This document shows positions 8,649-19,376 of a stretch of DNA of 34,435 bases, piece by piece. Within the stretch, counting starts at the first letter, position 1. Each line of letters starts with the position of its first letter. Position numbers and translations under genes: made by a program. Source of the stretch: Granulicella sp. (GTDB lineage Bacteria > Acidobacteriota > Terriglobia > Terriglobales > Acidobacteriaceae); assembly GCA_027339965.1 (NCBI GenBank), contig DAHWNL010000057.1, forward strand, positions 1 through 34,435, in the 5' to 3' direction. The notes beneath the pieces were generated by a model. It was given only the letters and a program-made list of their open reading frames with translations. It ran no database searches and was not told the origin of the DNA.

Positions 8649-10502
8649 GTGCATCGACGCACATTTCTGGCAACACTTCCCATGGCCGCAGCGGGGTCTT
8701 CGGCCCTGATGAAGGAACCCAAGCCCGGCGTGGAGACCGGCCAGAACCAAACTGCGGGTGCATCGGAGGAACTCCCCAAGTATCAGCCGGCGGGAGCGGA
8801 GCGCTTTCTTCGGCCCGATGTCCACGCTGGAGACCGTCCCGCGGGGGCCAGCTTTGCCTCACGGTCGGCCGCTTTGGGATGTTCAGCGGCGGCGGGAACG
8901 GCGCATCCCCTGGCCACGCAGACAGCCATCGCCATGCTCAAGAAAGGCGGTTCAGCCGTCGATGCCGCCATCGCCGCCAACGCGATGCTCGGCTTTGTTG
9001 AGCCTACCAGTAGCGGGTTGGGAGGAGATTGTTATGCGCTGTTATGGGATCCGCACGCAAAACAGGTCATGGGCCTGGCTGGATCCGGCGGGTCGCCGCG
9101 CTCCCTGTCGCTGGAGACGGTGCGGGCTCGATCAAAAAATGGAGTGATTCCGCCGCTGGGAGCCATCTCCGTCTCTGTACCTGGAGCCCTGGATGCCTGG
9201 TGGACGCTGCACCAGCGCTATGGACGGCTGAAGTGGGCAGAGTTGTTTGAACCGGCGATTCATTTCTGCCGTACCGGCTCTCCGGTGCCGCAGATCATCG
9301 GGTACTACATCAAGCGCAATATGGCCATCTTTCTACGGCCCGGCTCGGGCGTGGAGGAGACCGCCAACGCCGCGCAGACTTACCAGGTGGACGGCGGCCC
9401 AGTCCAGGAGTATGACGTCTTTCGCAATCCCGATCTGGCCCACACCTACGAGATGATCGCCCAGGGGGGGCGGGATGCGTTTTATGATGGCCCCATCGCC
9501 CAGACCATCGATCAATACTTCAAGCGCATCGGCGGTTGGCTCTCTGCCGAAGATCTTCGCGAACAGCATGCGGAGTGGGTAAAGCCCTTGGTGACCAACT
9601 ATCGCGGCGTGGATGTGTTTGCGATGGGAGCCAATACGCAAGGGTTGGCGACGCTGCAAATGTTGAATATCATCTCCCAGTTTGACATTCGCCAGATGGG
9701 ATTCCAAAGTGCCCCTGCGCTGCATGTCCAGATTGAAGCGAAGCGGCTGGCCTACGAGGACCGCGCAAGATATTACGCTGATCCGCACTTTTCCAAAGTG
9801 CCCGTGGAGTGGTTGAACTCCATGGAGTATGCCCAAGAGCGGGCTAAGCTGATCCGGCTGGATCGGATTCTCAATCCGGTATATCCAGGGCAGGCCCCAA
9901 GCCACGGGGATACAACCTACTTCTGTACCGCCGATGCTGACGGAATGATGGTCTCCATGATCCAGTCCAACTTCCGCGGGATGGGATCCGGGTTAGTGGC
10001 TGATGGGCTGGGGTTCATGTTTCAGGATCGGGGTCAACTGTTCTCTCTGCAAGACGGTCATCCCAATATCTATGCGCCGGGGAAGCGGCCCTTCCAGACC
10101 ATCATTCCGGGGTTCGCCATGAAAGATGGAGCGCCGTGGCTGGCCTATGGGGTCATGGGCGGAGACATGCAGCCGCAAGGGCAGACGCAGGTGATTCTGA
10201 ATCGTGTGGACTATGGACTGGATGTCCAGGCGGCGGGGGATAGCCCGCGCTGGCATCATGAAGGGTCTTCGCAAAGTATGGGTGAAGACAGGCCGGGTTT
10301 GGGCCCCATGGGAGTTCTACGCCTGGAGACCGGGATTCCCGAAGCAACCCAAAAAGCGCTCCTTGCGATGGGTTGGCCCATGGGGCCTAGCGATGGCGGC
10401 TTTGGACGCTACCAATGCGTGGAGCTACGCCAGCAGAGCGGTAGCAGGGTATACGCTGCAGGCAGCGAGATGCGTGCCGACGGTGTAGCCCTGGCATATT
10501 AG
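8649..10502 (+). CDS. ggt: Gamma-glutamyltransferase family protein with Tat signal
   Basis: GGSAVDAAIA, SGLGGD, SVPG, autoproteolytic GDTTY, PGKRPFQTIIP and GVMGGDMQPQG motifs. GTG 8649 follows AGGAGG and gives MHRRTFL (twin-arginine signal). Confidence 0.9.
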   Translation: MHRRTFLATLPMAAAGSSALMKEPKPGVETGQNQTAGASEELPKYQPAGAERFLRPDVHAGDRPAGASFASRSAALGCSAAAGTAHPLATQTAIAMLKKGGSAVDAAIAANAMLGFVEPTSSGLGGDCYALLWDPHAKQVMGLAGSGGSPRSLSLETVRARSKNGVIPPLGAISVSVPGALDAWWTLHQRYGRLKWAELFEPAIHFCRTGSPVPQIIGYYIKRNMAIFLRPGSGVEETANAAQTYQVDGGPVQEYDVFRNPDLAHTYEMIAQGGRDAFYDGPIAQTIDQYFKRIGGWLSAEDLREQHAEWVKPLVTNYRGVDVFAMGANTQGLATLQMLNIISQFDIRQMGFQSAPALHVQIEAKRLAYEDRARYYADPHFSKVPVEWLNSMEYAQERAKLIRLDRILNPVYPGQAPSHGDTTYFCTADADGMMVSMIQSNFRGMGSGLVADGLGFMFQDRGQLFSLQDGHPNIYAPGKRPFQTIIPGFAMKDGAPWLAYGVMGGDMQPQGQTQVILNRVDYGLDVQAAGDSPRWHHEGSSQSMGEDRPGLGPMGVLRLETGIPEATQKALLAMGWPMGPSDGGFGRYQCVELRQQSGSRVYAAGSEMRADGVALAY

Positions 10503-10566
10503 CGGCGGGCCGGAATGCGGCCGAAAGGACCGGCCAGAGAGGAATGGGAAAGTACGCCAAACGATT

Positions 10567-11351
10567 TCATGCGGCCGGGCGGCTCGAAGCCCTCTTTGCG
10601 GATCCTTGTGCCGCACGATCGCGGATGCGGAGGCGCGGCTTCGCAAGCCGCCAGCAAGATGGACCACACTGTCTTGATCGGAAGAGGACGAGGAGCCTTG
10701 GTTCTACTCGCAGATTTGCCTTGCGTCCGTCGGGCAGGCCCATCGGTATATTGGCTGTATGTAGCCGAAAGATGGTCCCGCCAGAATAAAACCGGGGTTG
10801 TATATGGCTACGGTTCAAAGATCCTATGGCTCCATCCTCTTGCAGCCGAAGTAGCAACATCGTCGCATACTTGCCGATATCCTTTCGGCAGAGATATCGA
10901 TTCACAGCCGGAGAGATGTCCGGTAGTTCTTGCTGCGCCTGGAGTTGAACGTAAAGCATGCCCGGCAGGGTGGAAGCCACAATGGCGGCCGAGATTCCCT
11001 TGCCGAAGAGGTCCGCCAACGCCACGTTGAGCATACCTTTGTGAACAACAACATCAAAGAAGTCGCCGCCCACGGCGCTGCACGGAACCCTCTTCGCCTG
11101 GACGCTGGCAAAAGAGAAGTCAGGGATCTGAACAGCCACTACCCCCTGTTGCATCGCAGCGGCTATTCGCAGCTCGTCTTTTTGTTGCCGAGCCTGATCT
11201 TCCAGCACAGCCAGTTGGGCGTTGTCCACCATGCTGGTGAAGGCCAGCCGGACCTCTTCTCGGCAGCCTGAAGCGACCTGGCGATGGAATCGATTATGGT
11301 CAGACCAAGAATCGTGCCAGAGACAGAGCCAATAGCGTCAAGCGAGGCCAC
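10567..11351 (-). pseudogene. Decayed GAF-SpoIIE (PP2C) phosphatase fragment
   Basis: ELRIAAAMQQG, VGGDFFD, ALADLFGKG (normally ADVSGKG), KYAT, NRSH (normally NxGH) and NIPMGL are present. The C-terminal xDG and DD motifs are missing. An upstream GAF-like piece (ILGLTIIDS) lies in a different frame. Confidence 0.72.
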
Positions 11352-11611
11352 GCCCCGGGCCGACGACTTGGTTCAGTTGATGAACAAGGTGGACCAAAAG
11401 GGAGCGGATGTTTCCAAACAAAAGAAGATAGATTCTGACCGGGGCAGGTTTCGGTCGCGCATGGGCAGGCTCGACTCCGCGATGCGAGCGGCCAAGGGCG
11501 GAAAGGCAGTACAAATTATGAGGTTAGACCTCTATGAGCCGCCTTCTCTGTATCATCCCCCGGCTCTCCTCTATACTCGGCTGGACGGTGCTTGCAGGAG
11601 CCCACGTTTCC

Positions 11612-12979
11612 ATGTCCTTACTTCCATCTAGATCAAAACTTCAGGGGCTTGCAGCCCGCCCCATCGGGTCGAATGTGCGATGGTTTGTCTGTCTGCTGCT
11701 TTTTCTGGCGACGACCATCAATTACATGGACCGATCGGCGCTTTCGCTGATCGAGCCGCTGCTTCATCTGAGCTTTATGGGGTGGGTTCCCAACGTCAAT
11801 GCGAGGTTCCAGACGACCTACCACTTGAACTATGGGCATATCGTGGAGTGCTTCCAGATTGCCTATGCGGTGGGGTTTCTGGTGGCTGCTCCCCTGATAG
11901 ACCGGCTGGGAACCAAGATTGGCTACGCGCTGGCGATCGGGATCTGGGCTGCATCCTCCATCAGTCACTCGCTGGTCCACTCGGTCTTGGGTTTTTGTAT
12001 CGCGCGCGCCTGTCTGGGATTGGGCGAGTCCGGGAACTTTCCGGCTGCGATCAAGGCCACCAGTGAGTGGTTTCCCAGTGAGGAGCGAGCCTTGGCGGTG
12101 GGATTGTTCAACTCCGGGGCCAACGCTGCCTTCTTCATTGCTCCAGCCCTGATTCCACTGGCTACCCTTCACTTCGGAGGTTGGCGCGCGGCATTTTTTT
12201 GCACGGGCAGCATAGGGTTCTGCTGGCTGCTGCTTTGGATGACCTTCCCCTACAACAGGCTGCGCCGCAGACTCGCCACGACGCAGGCGAATTTGCAGGG
12301 GATGGCGCCGGGCGGCAGTGGTCCCCGGATATATGCGGTTCTGCTGCGCCATCGCGGGCTTTATGCGTTTTCCATCGCCAAAGGACTCACCGACCCGGTT
12401 TGGTGGTTCTATCTCTTCTATCTTCCGATGTACCTGAATGACAACTATGGGCTCAGCCTGGAGCAGGCCTATTGGCCTATCGTGCTGGTCTATGCCATCT
12501 CGTCTGTTGGCTCGTTTCTGGGTGGAGGACTCTCCGGACTGCGCATCAGGCATGGCCATACGGTGAACAACGGACGCAAGTTCGCCTTGCTGGTCACCTC
12601 GTTATGCGTGCTGCCCCTGATGCTGGTGCCGCAGATGCATCGGTTGTTTCCGCATAACGCCTGGCCGGCAGTGGCGCTCTTCGCTCTGGCCGCAGCGGCC
12701 CATCAGGGCTGGTCGGCCACGCTGTTCACCACGCCCACGGATATGTTCCCATCCACCTCAATTTCTACCGTGGTGGGCATTGGTGGAGCAGTGGGTTCGG
12801 TGGGTGGGGCATTGTTCACTCTGGCGGTATCGCATCTCCTCTCCCTGCATCCTCTGGTGATCTTCTGCATGGCCAGCTTCGCTTATGTGGCTTCGCTGAC
12901 CATCTTCCAACTTCTGGTGCCGCGGATTGGAGTGATCACAGAGCCCAAGGGCGACATGGAAGTTGAGCTCGCGCTTTGA
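11612..12979 (+). CDS. MFS transporter, ACS family (ExuT hexuronate transporter-like)
   Basis: RWFVCLLLFLATTINYMDRS, DRLGTK, LGLGESGNFPAAIKA, WFPSEERALA, TDPVWWFYLFYLP and AAHQGWS motifs. Start at ATG 11612 after CAGGAG (ORF track starts at 11534). Confidence 0.88.
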   Translation: MSLLPSRSKLQGLAARPIGSNVRWFVCLLLFLATTINYMDRSALSLIEPLLHLSFMGWVPNVNARFQTTYHLNYGHIVECFQIAYAVGFLVAAPLIDRLGTKIGYALAIGIWAASSISHSLVHSVLGFCIARACLGLGESGNFPAAIKATSEWFPSEERALAVGLFNSGANAAFFIAPALIPLATLHFGGWRAAFFCTGSIGFCWLLLWMTFPYNRLRRRLATTQANLQGMAPGGSGPRIYAVLLRHRGLYAFSIAKGLTDPVWWFYLFYLPMYLNDNYGLSLEQAYWPIVLVYAISSVGSFLGGGLSGLRIRHGHTVNNGRKFALLVTSLCVLPLMLVPQMHRLFPHNAWPAVALFALAAAAHQGWSATLFTTPTDMFPSTSISTVVGIGGAVGSVGGALFTLAVSHLLSLHPLVIFCMASFAYVASLTIFQLLVPRIGVITEPKGDMEVELAL

Positions 12980-13257
12980 TGATCGAACAGCTTCGCTCCA
13001 GACACTCTTCCTCTTCCAGCCTGCAGGCTGCCTTTGGCCCAGGTTGTCGCATCCTAGACCCAGAGTGGTGGGCGGACGATGACGCAACTCAGATGATGCC
13101 AGCGTGGAGCGCCGCGAAGGAGCAAGATCTCGTTGTGATCGACCGTTAATGGGCAAGTGCTGGAATCGGGATGCGGGTGTGCAAATTTGACTCGCTGAAG
13201 GTCATTGAAGCAGAACCGAGAAACCCCGGATGCAACCCGAGGAACCTGTGAGGCTGG

Positions 13258-14493
13258 ATGCAGTTACTGGTGATCAACAGCGGATCCTCTTCCATCAAGT
13301 TCTCTGTCTATGCGGTCAGAGCGAAAGGAGATCTGCCCTGCAGCCTCATCGAGGGCCAGTTGAGCGACATCGGGGAGCGAGAGAGCAGGCTCGTCGTCCA
13401 GCAGGTTGGCCGAGGGTCGTCGCTGGAGAGCCGGGTAGGCATCCATGGTGTCTCAGAGGCAATTTCCGCGGTGCTAGATGTCGTCTCCGGCAGCGATATG
13501 CCCAAATTTAAGGCGGTGGGGTATCGCGTGGTACACCCAGGCCCGAGGTTGCAGGAGCATACACGGATTACCCCACAGGTTCTGGCGGAGTTGGATGCCG
13601 CCAGAGCCTATGCCCCCTTGCACGACCCTCCGGCCGTGCAAATGATTCGCGCCTTCAGCCAAAGGTTTCCCGAGTTGCCTCAATACGCTTGCTTCGATAC
13701 GGTCTTTCACCAAACGATGCCACTGGAAGCGAGTACCTACGCGCTGCCGCTGGAGTTAACGGCCCGCGGCGTGCGGCGGTATGGCTTTCACGGGCTGAGT
13801 TGCGAGTCGATCATCCAACAGTTGAGTGGCAAGGAAGGGCAGAACGGTCCGCTTCCACGGCGGATGGCAATCGCCCACTTGGGCAGCGGTTGCAGCGTAA
13901 CGGCTCTCCAGGATGGCCGTTCTGTGGACACGACGATGGGACTGACCCCGACCGGAGGAGTGGTGATGGGGACGCGTCCCGGCGATCTGGACCCAGGGCT
14001 GGTGCTCTTCTTGCTTTGCGAGAAGATCGGCGTTCCGCCGGATGGTAGAGCCGGATCGAAAGATGCTTTGGATGCTGTGCAGACACTGCTGAATCATGGA
14101 TCGGGACTGGCGGCCCTCAGCGGTATGGAAAACAGCGTAAAAGAGATTCGGGCCGCGGCGAATGCAGGCCGGCAGAGTGCTCGGCTGGCGCTGCAGGTGT
14201 TCACGCGCAGCGTCAGAAAGGCGCTGGGAGCCTCTTGCTGGTTGCTGGGCGGCTTGGACGCCATGGTCTTTTCGGGCGGCGTCGGAGAGAACGATGCTCA
14301 GACGCGCCAGGAGATTGTGGCAGGAATGGAGGAGTTGGGAGTGAACCTGGATCCAGGACTTAACCAGAGAGCAACAGGCGGCATCCAAAGAATCAGTGCT
14401 CCCGGTTCCCGCACGCAGGTTCTCATCGTCCCGGCGCAGGAGGATCGGATGGTCGCGGCTCATGTCGTCCGCATGGTGACAGAAGGTCGCTAA
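13258..14493 (+). CDS. ackA: Acetate/propionate kinase
   Basis: [57 protein letters not shown] and VFSGGVGEN motifs. Confidence 0.93.
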   Translation: MQLLVINSGSSSIKFSVYAVRAKGDLPCSLIEGQLSDIGERESRLVVQQVGRGSSLESRVGIHGVSEAISAVLDVVSGSDMPKFKAVGYRVVHPGPRLQEHTRITPQVLAELDAARAYAPLHDPPAVQMIRAFSQRFPELPQYACFDTVFHQTMPLEASTYALPLELTARGVRRYGFHGLSCESIIQQLSGKEGQNGPLPRRMAIAHLGSGCSVTALQDGRSVDTTMGLTPTGGVVMGTRPGDLDPGLVLFLLCEKIGVPPDGRAGSKDALDAVQTLLNHGSGLAALSGMENSVKEIRAAANAGRQSARLALQVFTRSVRKALGASCWLLGGLDAMVFSGGVGENDAQTRQEIVAGMEELGVNLDPGLNQRATGGIQRISAPGSRTQVLIVPAQEDRMVAAHVVRMVTEGR

Positions 14494-14540
14494 TCGAGGC
14501 GGCAGATGCTACAAGGCAGTTGGAAAAAGACCAGGAAGGA

Positions 14541-17003
14541 ATGAGTCAGATGAAGAAGAGCAACGATGGGAAAAGTACAGGCGTGAACTCCTCTGCTCTT
14601 GAGCACGGAGTGCAGACGAACGGGTTGAGAGAGGAGGAGCAAAGCAAGCTCGATGCATACTGGCGTGCTTGCAACTACTTGTGCGCGGGGATGCTTTATT
14701 TGCAAGAAAATCCACTCCTGCGCGAGCCGCTGAAGCCAGAGCACATTAAGAACCGGCTTTTGGGACACTGGGGTAGCGACCCTGGACAGACCTTTACCTG
14801 GGTGCATCTAAATCGGCTGATCAAAAAGTTTGATCTGAATGCAATCTACATCTCAGGACCTGGACATGGAGCCCCCGCAACCTTGTCTAACAGCTATCTC
14901 GAAGGTGTGTACTCGGAGATCTATCCGACGATGGGCCAGAACCTGGAGGGCCTGCGGAAGTTTTTCAAACAGTTCTCCTTTCCAGGTGGGATTGGCAGCC
15001 ACTGCACACCGGAGACGCCGGGTTCCATTCACGAAGGCGGAGAGTTGGGCTACAGCCTATCACATGGATTTGGCGCGGCCTTCGACAATCCAGACCTGAT
15101 TGTGACGGTTGTGGTGGGTGATGGCGAGGCGGAGACAGGACCGCTGGCGACATCCTGGCATTCGAACAAGTTTTTGAACCCGGTCAGCGATGGAGCCGTG
15201 CTTCCCGTCCTGCATCTGAACGGATACAAAATTGCCAATCCGACCATTCTGGGCCGGATTCCACAGCAGGAGTTGGAGAGCCTTCTGATCGGATATGGCT
15301 GGAAGCCTTACTTTGTCGAGGGAGACGACCCGGCCTTGATGCATCCCAGGATGGCGGAGATCATGGAGCGGTGCATCCTGGAGATTCGCGCTATTCAGCA
15401 GCGCGCGCGCTCGGAGTCAACTGGAAGCCAGGTGGAGAGGCAGCGCTGGCCGATGATTGTGCTGCGTACCCCGAAGGGCTGGGGATGCCCGAAAGAACTG
15501 GACGGGCACAAGCTGGAGGGGAGTTGGCGAGCGCACCAGGTGCCCATCGCCGATCCCAAGACGAATCCCGAACATCTGGCACTGCTCGAGCGCTGGCTGC
15601 GCAGCTACCGGCCGGAAGATCTTTTCGATGAGAGCGGCAGGCTTAAAGAGGAATTGCGCGAGATGGCGCCGCAAGGGGCGCGGCGGATCTCCGGCAATCC
15701 TCATGCCAATGGAGGCTTGCTGCGCAAACCGCTGGACTTGCCGGACTTTCGCGCCTATGCGGTGAAGATGGACGAGCCTGGCAAGATGCGGATCTCCTCC
15801 ACGCACGTACTGGGGCAGTTTCTGGGCGGGGTGATGAGCCGGAACAGAGAGAACTTCCGGGTCTTCGGCCCCGATGAGACAGCCTCCAACAAGCTGGATG
15901 CCATCTACGAGACCAGCCAGAAGACATGGCTGGAAGATCGTCTGCTCTCGGATGACGATGGCGGCTGGCTGGCGCCCGATGGCCGGGTGATGGAAATGCT
16001 GAGCGAACATACCCTGGAAGGTTGGTTGGAGGGCTATTTGTTGACCGGACGCCACGGCTTCCTCTCCAGCTACGAGGCGTTTGTGCATGTGATCGACTCG
16101 ATGTACAACCAGCATGCGAAGTGGCTGGAGAAGAGCAAACTGGAACTGCGATGGCGCGCTCCGGTGTCTTCGCTGAATTTGTTGATCACCTCTTTGGTTT
16201 GGCGGCAGGACCACAACGGATTTACCCATCAGGATCCCGGGTTCCTGGACCTAGTCACCAATAAGAGCCCGGAGGTGACCCGAATCTATCTGCCTCCAGA
16301 TGCCAACTGCCTTCTGAGTGTTGTCGACCACTGCCTGCGCACCACGAACTATGTGAATGTGATCGTTGCGGATAAGCAGCCGCATCTGCAGTATTTGCCT
16401 ATGGAAAAAGCCATCGAGCACTGCACCAAGGGAGTGGGGATCTGGGAGTTCGCCAGCAACGACCAGGGCGTTGAACCAGACGTCGTGCTGGCCTGCGCGG
16501 GCGACATTCCGACCTTTGAGACCCTGGCCGCCAACGCGATTCTGCGCGAACATTGCCCGGATCTGAAGATCCGCTTTGTCAACGTGGTGGATCTGTTCCG
16601 CCTGATGCCGGAGTCCGAGCACCCGCACGGACTCTCCGAACGTGAGTTTGACAGTCTGTTCACCAGGGATAAGCCGATCATCTTCAACTTCCACGCCTAT
16701 CCCTCGCTGATCCACAAGCTCACCTATCGCCGCAGCAACCATGCCAACCTGCACGTGAGGGGATACAAGGAGAAGGGAAACATCAATACTCCGTTGGAAC
16801 TGGCGATTCTCAATCAAATTGATCGCTTCAATCTGGCCATTGATGTCATCGATCGCGTGCCCAGATTGCAAGTTGCTGCGTCCCACACTAAGGAGTGGTT
16901 GAAGAATCAAATCATCGACTCAGTGAGCTATGCGAACGAGCACGGAGTTGACCGGACGGAGTTCAGCGACTGGAAGTGGCCGTCGAGGCCGGGCCCGGTA
17001 TAG
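14541..17003 (+). CDS. xfp: Phosphoketolase (xylulose-5-phosphate/fructose-6-phosphate)
   Basis: [63 protein letters not shown] and GYKEKG motifs. Start is ATG 14541 or 14550. Confidence 0.96.
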   Translation: MSQMKKSNDGKSTGVNSSALEHGVQTNGLREEEQSKLDAYWRACNYLCAGMLYLQENPLLREPLKPEHIKNRLLGHWGSDPGQTFTWVHLNRLIKKFDLNAIYISGPGHGAPATLSNSYLEGVYSEIYPTMGQNLEGLRKFFKQFSFPGGIGSHCTPETPGSIHEGGELGYSLSHGFGAAFDNPDLIVTVVVGDGEAETGPLATSWHSNKFLNPVSDGAVLPVLHLNGYKIANPTILGRIPQQELESLLIGYGWKPYFVEGDDPALMHPRMAEIMERCILEIRAIQQRARSESTGSQVERQRWPMIVLRTPKGWGCPKELDGHKLEGSWRAHQVPIADPKTNPEHLALLERWLRSYRPEDLFDESGRLKEELREMAPQGARRISGNPHANGGLLRKPLDLPDFRAYAVKMDEPGKMRISSTHVLGQFLGGVMSRNRENFRVFGPDETASNKLDAIYETSQKTWLEDRLLSDDDGGWLAPDGRVMEMLSEHTLEGWLEGYLLTGRHGFLSSYEAFVHVIDSMYNQHAKWLEKSKLELRWRAPVSSLNLLITSLVWRQDHNGFTHQDPGFLDLVTNKSPEVTRIYLPPDANCLLSVVDHCLRTTNYVNVIVADKQPHLQYLPMEKAIEHCTKGVGIWEFASNDQGVEPDVVLACAGDIPTFETLAANAILREHCPDLKIRFVNVVDLFRLMPESEHPHGLSEREFDSLFTRDKPIIFNFHAYPSLIHKLTYRRSNHANLHVRGYKEKGNINTPLELAILNQIDRFNLAIDVIDRVPRLQVAASHTKEWLKNQIIDSVSYANEHGVDRTEFSDWKWPSRPGPV

Positions 17004-17128
17004 CGCCTCTGCGCAGACAGAAGGTCTGGGTCTCCATTCGGTGCAGGGTTTACGGACGAACGCCCACAAGCCGCGCGCCGCATGCAGCAGAGAGGGGCGG
17101 CCGCACAGAGAAGCAAGAGCCAAAACTG

Positions 17129-17152
17129 TTCCAACCAGGATTCCAACCAGGA
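17129..17152. repeat. 12-bp tandem duplication (TTCCAACCAGGA x2)
   Basis: Read directly in the convergent intergenic region between xfp and the M61 peptidase gene. Confidence 0.75.
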
Positions 17153-17252
17153 TCTGTCGCGGTGAGACGCAGAAAGCCGTCCGCTCTGCATCCATTCCGC
17201 AATCATGACCTTCGTTCCCTGGAACCGGACAGTGGCATAAAGGACGTTGCGG

Positions 17253-19211
17253 CTATTGCTGGTCCGTTGACTTCTCTTTTTCCCTCGGAACGGGCGGCGG
17301 TGGGGTCAGCGGCTGGGTAATTTCGTCCAGGTAGTCCGGCGTGCCCTCGATGCGCTCCAGATGGGGGTACCGTTCCCCACCGTGATAATCGATAGCCACC
17401 GTGCGGACATGGATGTCGTTCTCGACAATCAAGTTCATTGCGCCGCCGGTTTTGGTGGCGTGCACCGCTTCTCTCATCACCTCGTCTGTAAAGATTTGCC
17501 CGTTGACTGCCAGGATCTTCTCGCCGGGGCTGAGCTTTGCCGCATCTGCTGGGCTGCCGACGCGAACGTCGGAGACAGCGCCCTGTTTGTCCAAGTCAAG
17601 TCCAAGGGAGTACCAGACGTTCCTTCCCGATCGACCTCGGCCAAAGGCGTCGAACCGGGCCTTTTGGTACTCGTTCGGCTGTTCGGTATAGACCAGCTTC
17701 CATCCTCCCTGCTCAATGCCCTCAACATTCACATGCGGTTGCACGGTGTAGACGCGCTCGCGAAGGAAGGTTGCCCAGTCATAGGGAACAACCTGGTTGA
17801 GATCGGCAACGAGCTCATCGAATCCGTAGGGTACGATCTTCGGTGGGGTGCTGCCTTTGCCAGCGACAAAAATAGCGAGAAAGTCGTGCAGATTCTTGCG
17901 GTCGTGGGTGAGTTTGCGGATCGTTGTGTCCACGTCGAGCCATACGATGTCACCCTCTGGATAATAATCCGCGCCGCGCCGCCAGTTGGCCCACGCCGTT
18001 CCGCCTTTCAGGCCAGAGATGCTGACGGCGGTGTCCTCAGTGCTGCGCCAGCGGCGGCCGGAAGTGTTGTCGAGATCGGCCGCGGTCATGGCAAGATAGG
18101 AGCGGTAATCTGCTTGGGTCATGAAGCCGCAGCGCGTCCCGAGCACGTTGCCCAGGTAATCCGTCAGCCCTTCATAAACCCACAGCAGTTCACCTTTCAT
18201 GGGGTCCGCAAAGTTGGAGGTGGCCAGACCCGCCGGACGGCGGTACTTACCATTCCAGGAATGGGTGTACTCATGCGACAGCACGGGGCCTCCTACTTGG
18301 AGTGCTGCATCGGTTGCGAGCGCGCTCGGTGGCAGTGAGTTATCCGAGGACTCATGGTGCTCCAAGCCCCCGTAGGGTGGAAACTTCGTCAAGGTGAGAA
18401 GAAAATGGTAGCTTTCGTAATGTGTTGAGCTGTACATGGCTGCGGCTTCTGCCACCAGATGCTCGAGATCGGCAACCACGCCGGGACGCAGCACCGCTTC
18501 CTCGGGCGTATCTCCGAAGACATCCATGAAAACGGGCTTCTGCTGGCCCAGATCCGTAGCATCGGCGACTCCCCTCGCGGCCGCATTCAGCGGATACTGC
18601 TTGAAGTTGTCTCCCGCCATGATGGGCGAATCTTCCAGGGTCTCCACGTTGGTGGCCGCGAAGTGAATGGTTTTGCCGGCTGGATGCTCCGAATCGTACG
18701 GCGAGATTGGCCGCAGCGAGGTGGCGATGCTCCAGCCCTGGGGCACAATCACGGTAGGCTGGATAGCGATCTGACGGACCGGCTTGCCGGCCGGGTAGAG
18801 CATCAGATCTTCCCACTCCAGAACGGCCAGTTCGGTCGTTGCCTTGCTGTTTGCGATGTAGTCGAGATGAGCGTGGAGTGTGGTTACTCCAGGCGGAACG
18901 GTCAGATGAAACATGTACAGATTGACATCATCGCGCTGCCATGAGATCGTCTGGCCGTTCGCAGTAAACACAATGCCGGTGATGTCACTTTCGACAAACC
19001 GCTGGGAGTGATTGCCGGGGATCCAAGCCGCCTCTGTGAGGGCCAAAGGACCAGGCTTGACCGGCAGATCTATTTCGGCGTGGAAGAGCTTGCGCGGGGC
19101 GTCGGTGAGATCGGCCGTAATCCGGATCGGCATCGATTGTGAATATCCAATCGTCGCAAGACACAGCCATGAAGAGCACAACACACGCGAGAAGAAAAGA
19201 CCTTGAGCCAT
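17253..19211 (-). CDS. M61 family (glycyl aminopeptidase-like) metallopeptidase with C-terminal PDZ domain, secreted
   Basis: Signal peptide, WIPG, LEDSP, GGLEHHESS, HEYTHSWNGKYRRP (HExxH), LLWVYEGLTDY and PDZ GSPADAAKL...ILAVNG. Confidence 0.92.
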   Translation of the reverse strand: MAQGLFFSRVLCSSWLCLATIGYSQSMPIRITADLTDAPRKLFHAEIDLPVKPGPLALTEAAWIPGNHSQRFVESDITGIVFTANGQTISWQRDDVNLYMFHLTVPPGVTTLHAHLDYIANSKATTELAVLEWEDLMLYPAGKPVRQIAIQPTVIVPQGWSIATSLRPISPYDSEHPAGKTIHFAATNVETLEDSPIMAGDNFKQYPLNAAARGVADATDLGQQKPVFMDVFGDTPEEAVLRPGVVADLEHLVAEAAAMYSSTHYESYHFLLTLTKFPPYGGLEHHESSDNSLPPSALATDAALQVGGPVLSHEYTHSWNGKYRRPAGLATSNFADPMKGELLWVYEGLTDYLGNVLGTRCGFMTQADYRSYLAMTAADLDNTSGRRWRSTEDTAVSISGLKGGTAWANWRRGADYYPEGDIVWLDVDTTIRKLTHDRKNLHDFLAIFVAGKGSTPPKIVPYGFDELVADLNQVVPYDWATFLRERVYTVQPHVNVEGIEQGGWKLVYTEQPNEYQKARFDAFGRGRSGRNVWYSLGLDLDKQGAVSDVRVGSPADAAKLSPGEKILAVNGQIFTDEVMREAVHATKTGGAMNLIVENDIHVRTVAIDYHGGERYPHLERIEGTPDYLDEITQPLTPPPPVPREKEKSTDQQ

Positions 19212-19376
19212 AGCGCATTACCCCACAGAACCATAGAAGATGGCGAAGCGCTGCCAGTGTACAGCAGGCTCTGCCTGGCGCTTTCAAATCTTTCATCCCG
19301 CAATCTGTCGACACGCCGGGCCGGCAAGGAAAGCTCTGCCGCGAGCGGGAGCCGGAAAGGCAACGGCCAAACGGCT

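Noticed and set aside
13130..13210. FNR/CRP-like half-sites upstream of ackA (TGTGA, TTGAC)
   Set aside because: No matching second half-site at the expected spacing.
16920..17206. Short hydrophobic minus-strand ORFs spanning the 12-bp duplication
   Set aside because: They overlap the xfp 3' end and have no clear RBS or recognisable family. Two adjacent repeat units without spacers are not a CRISPR array.
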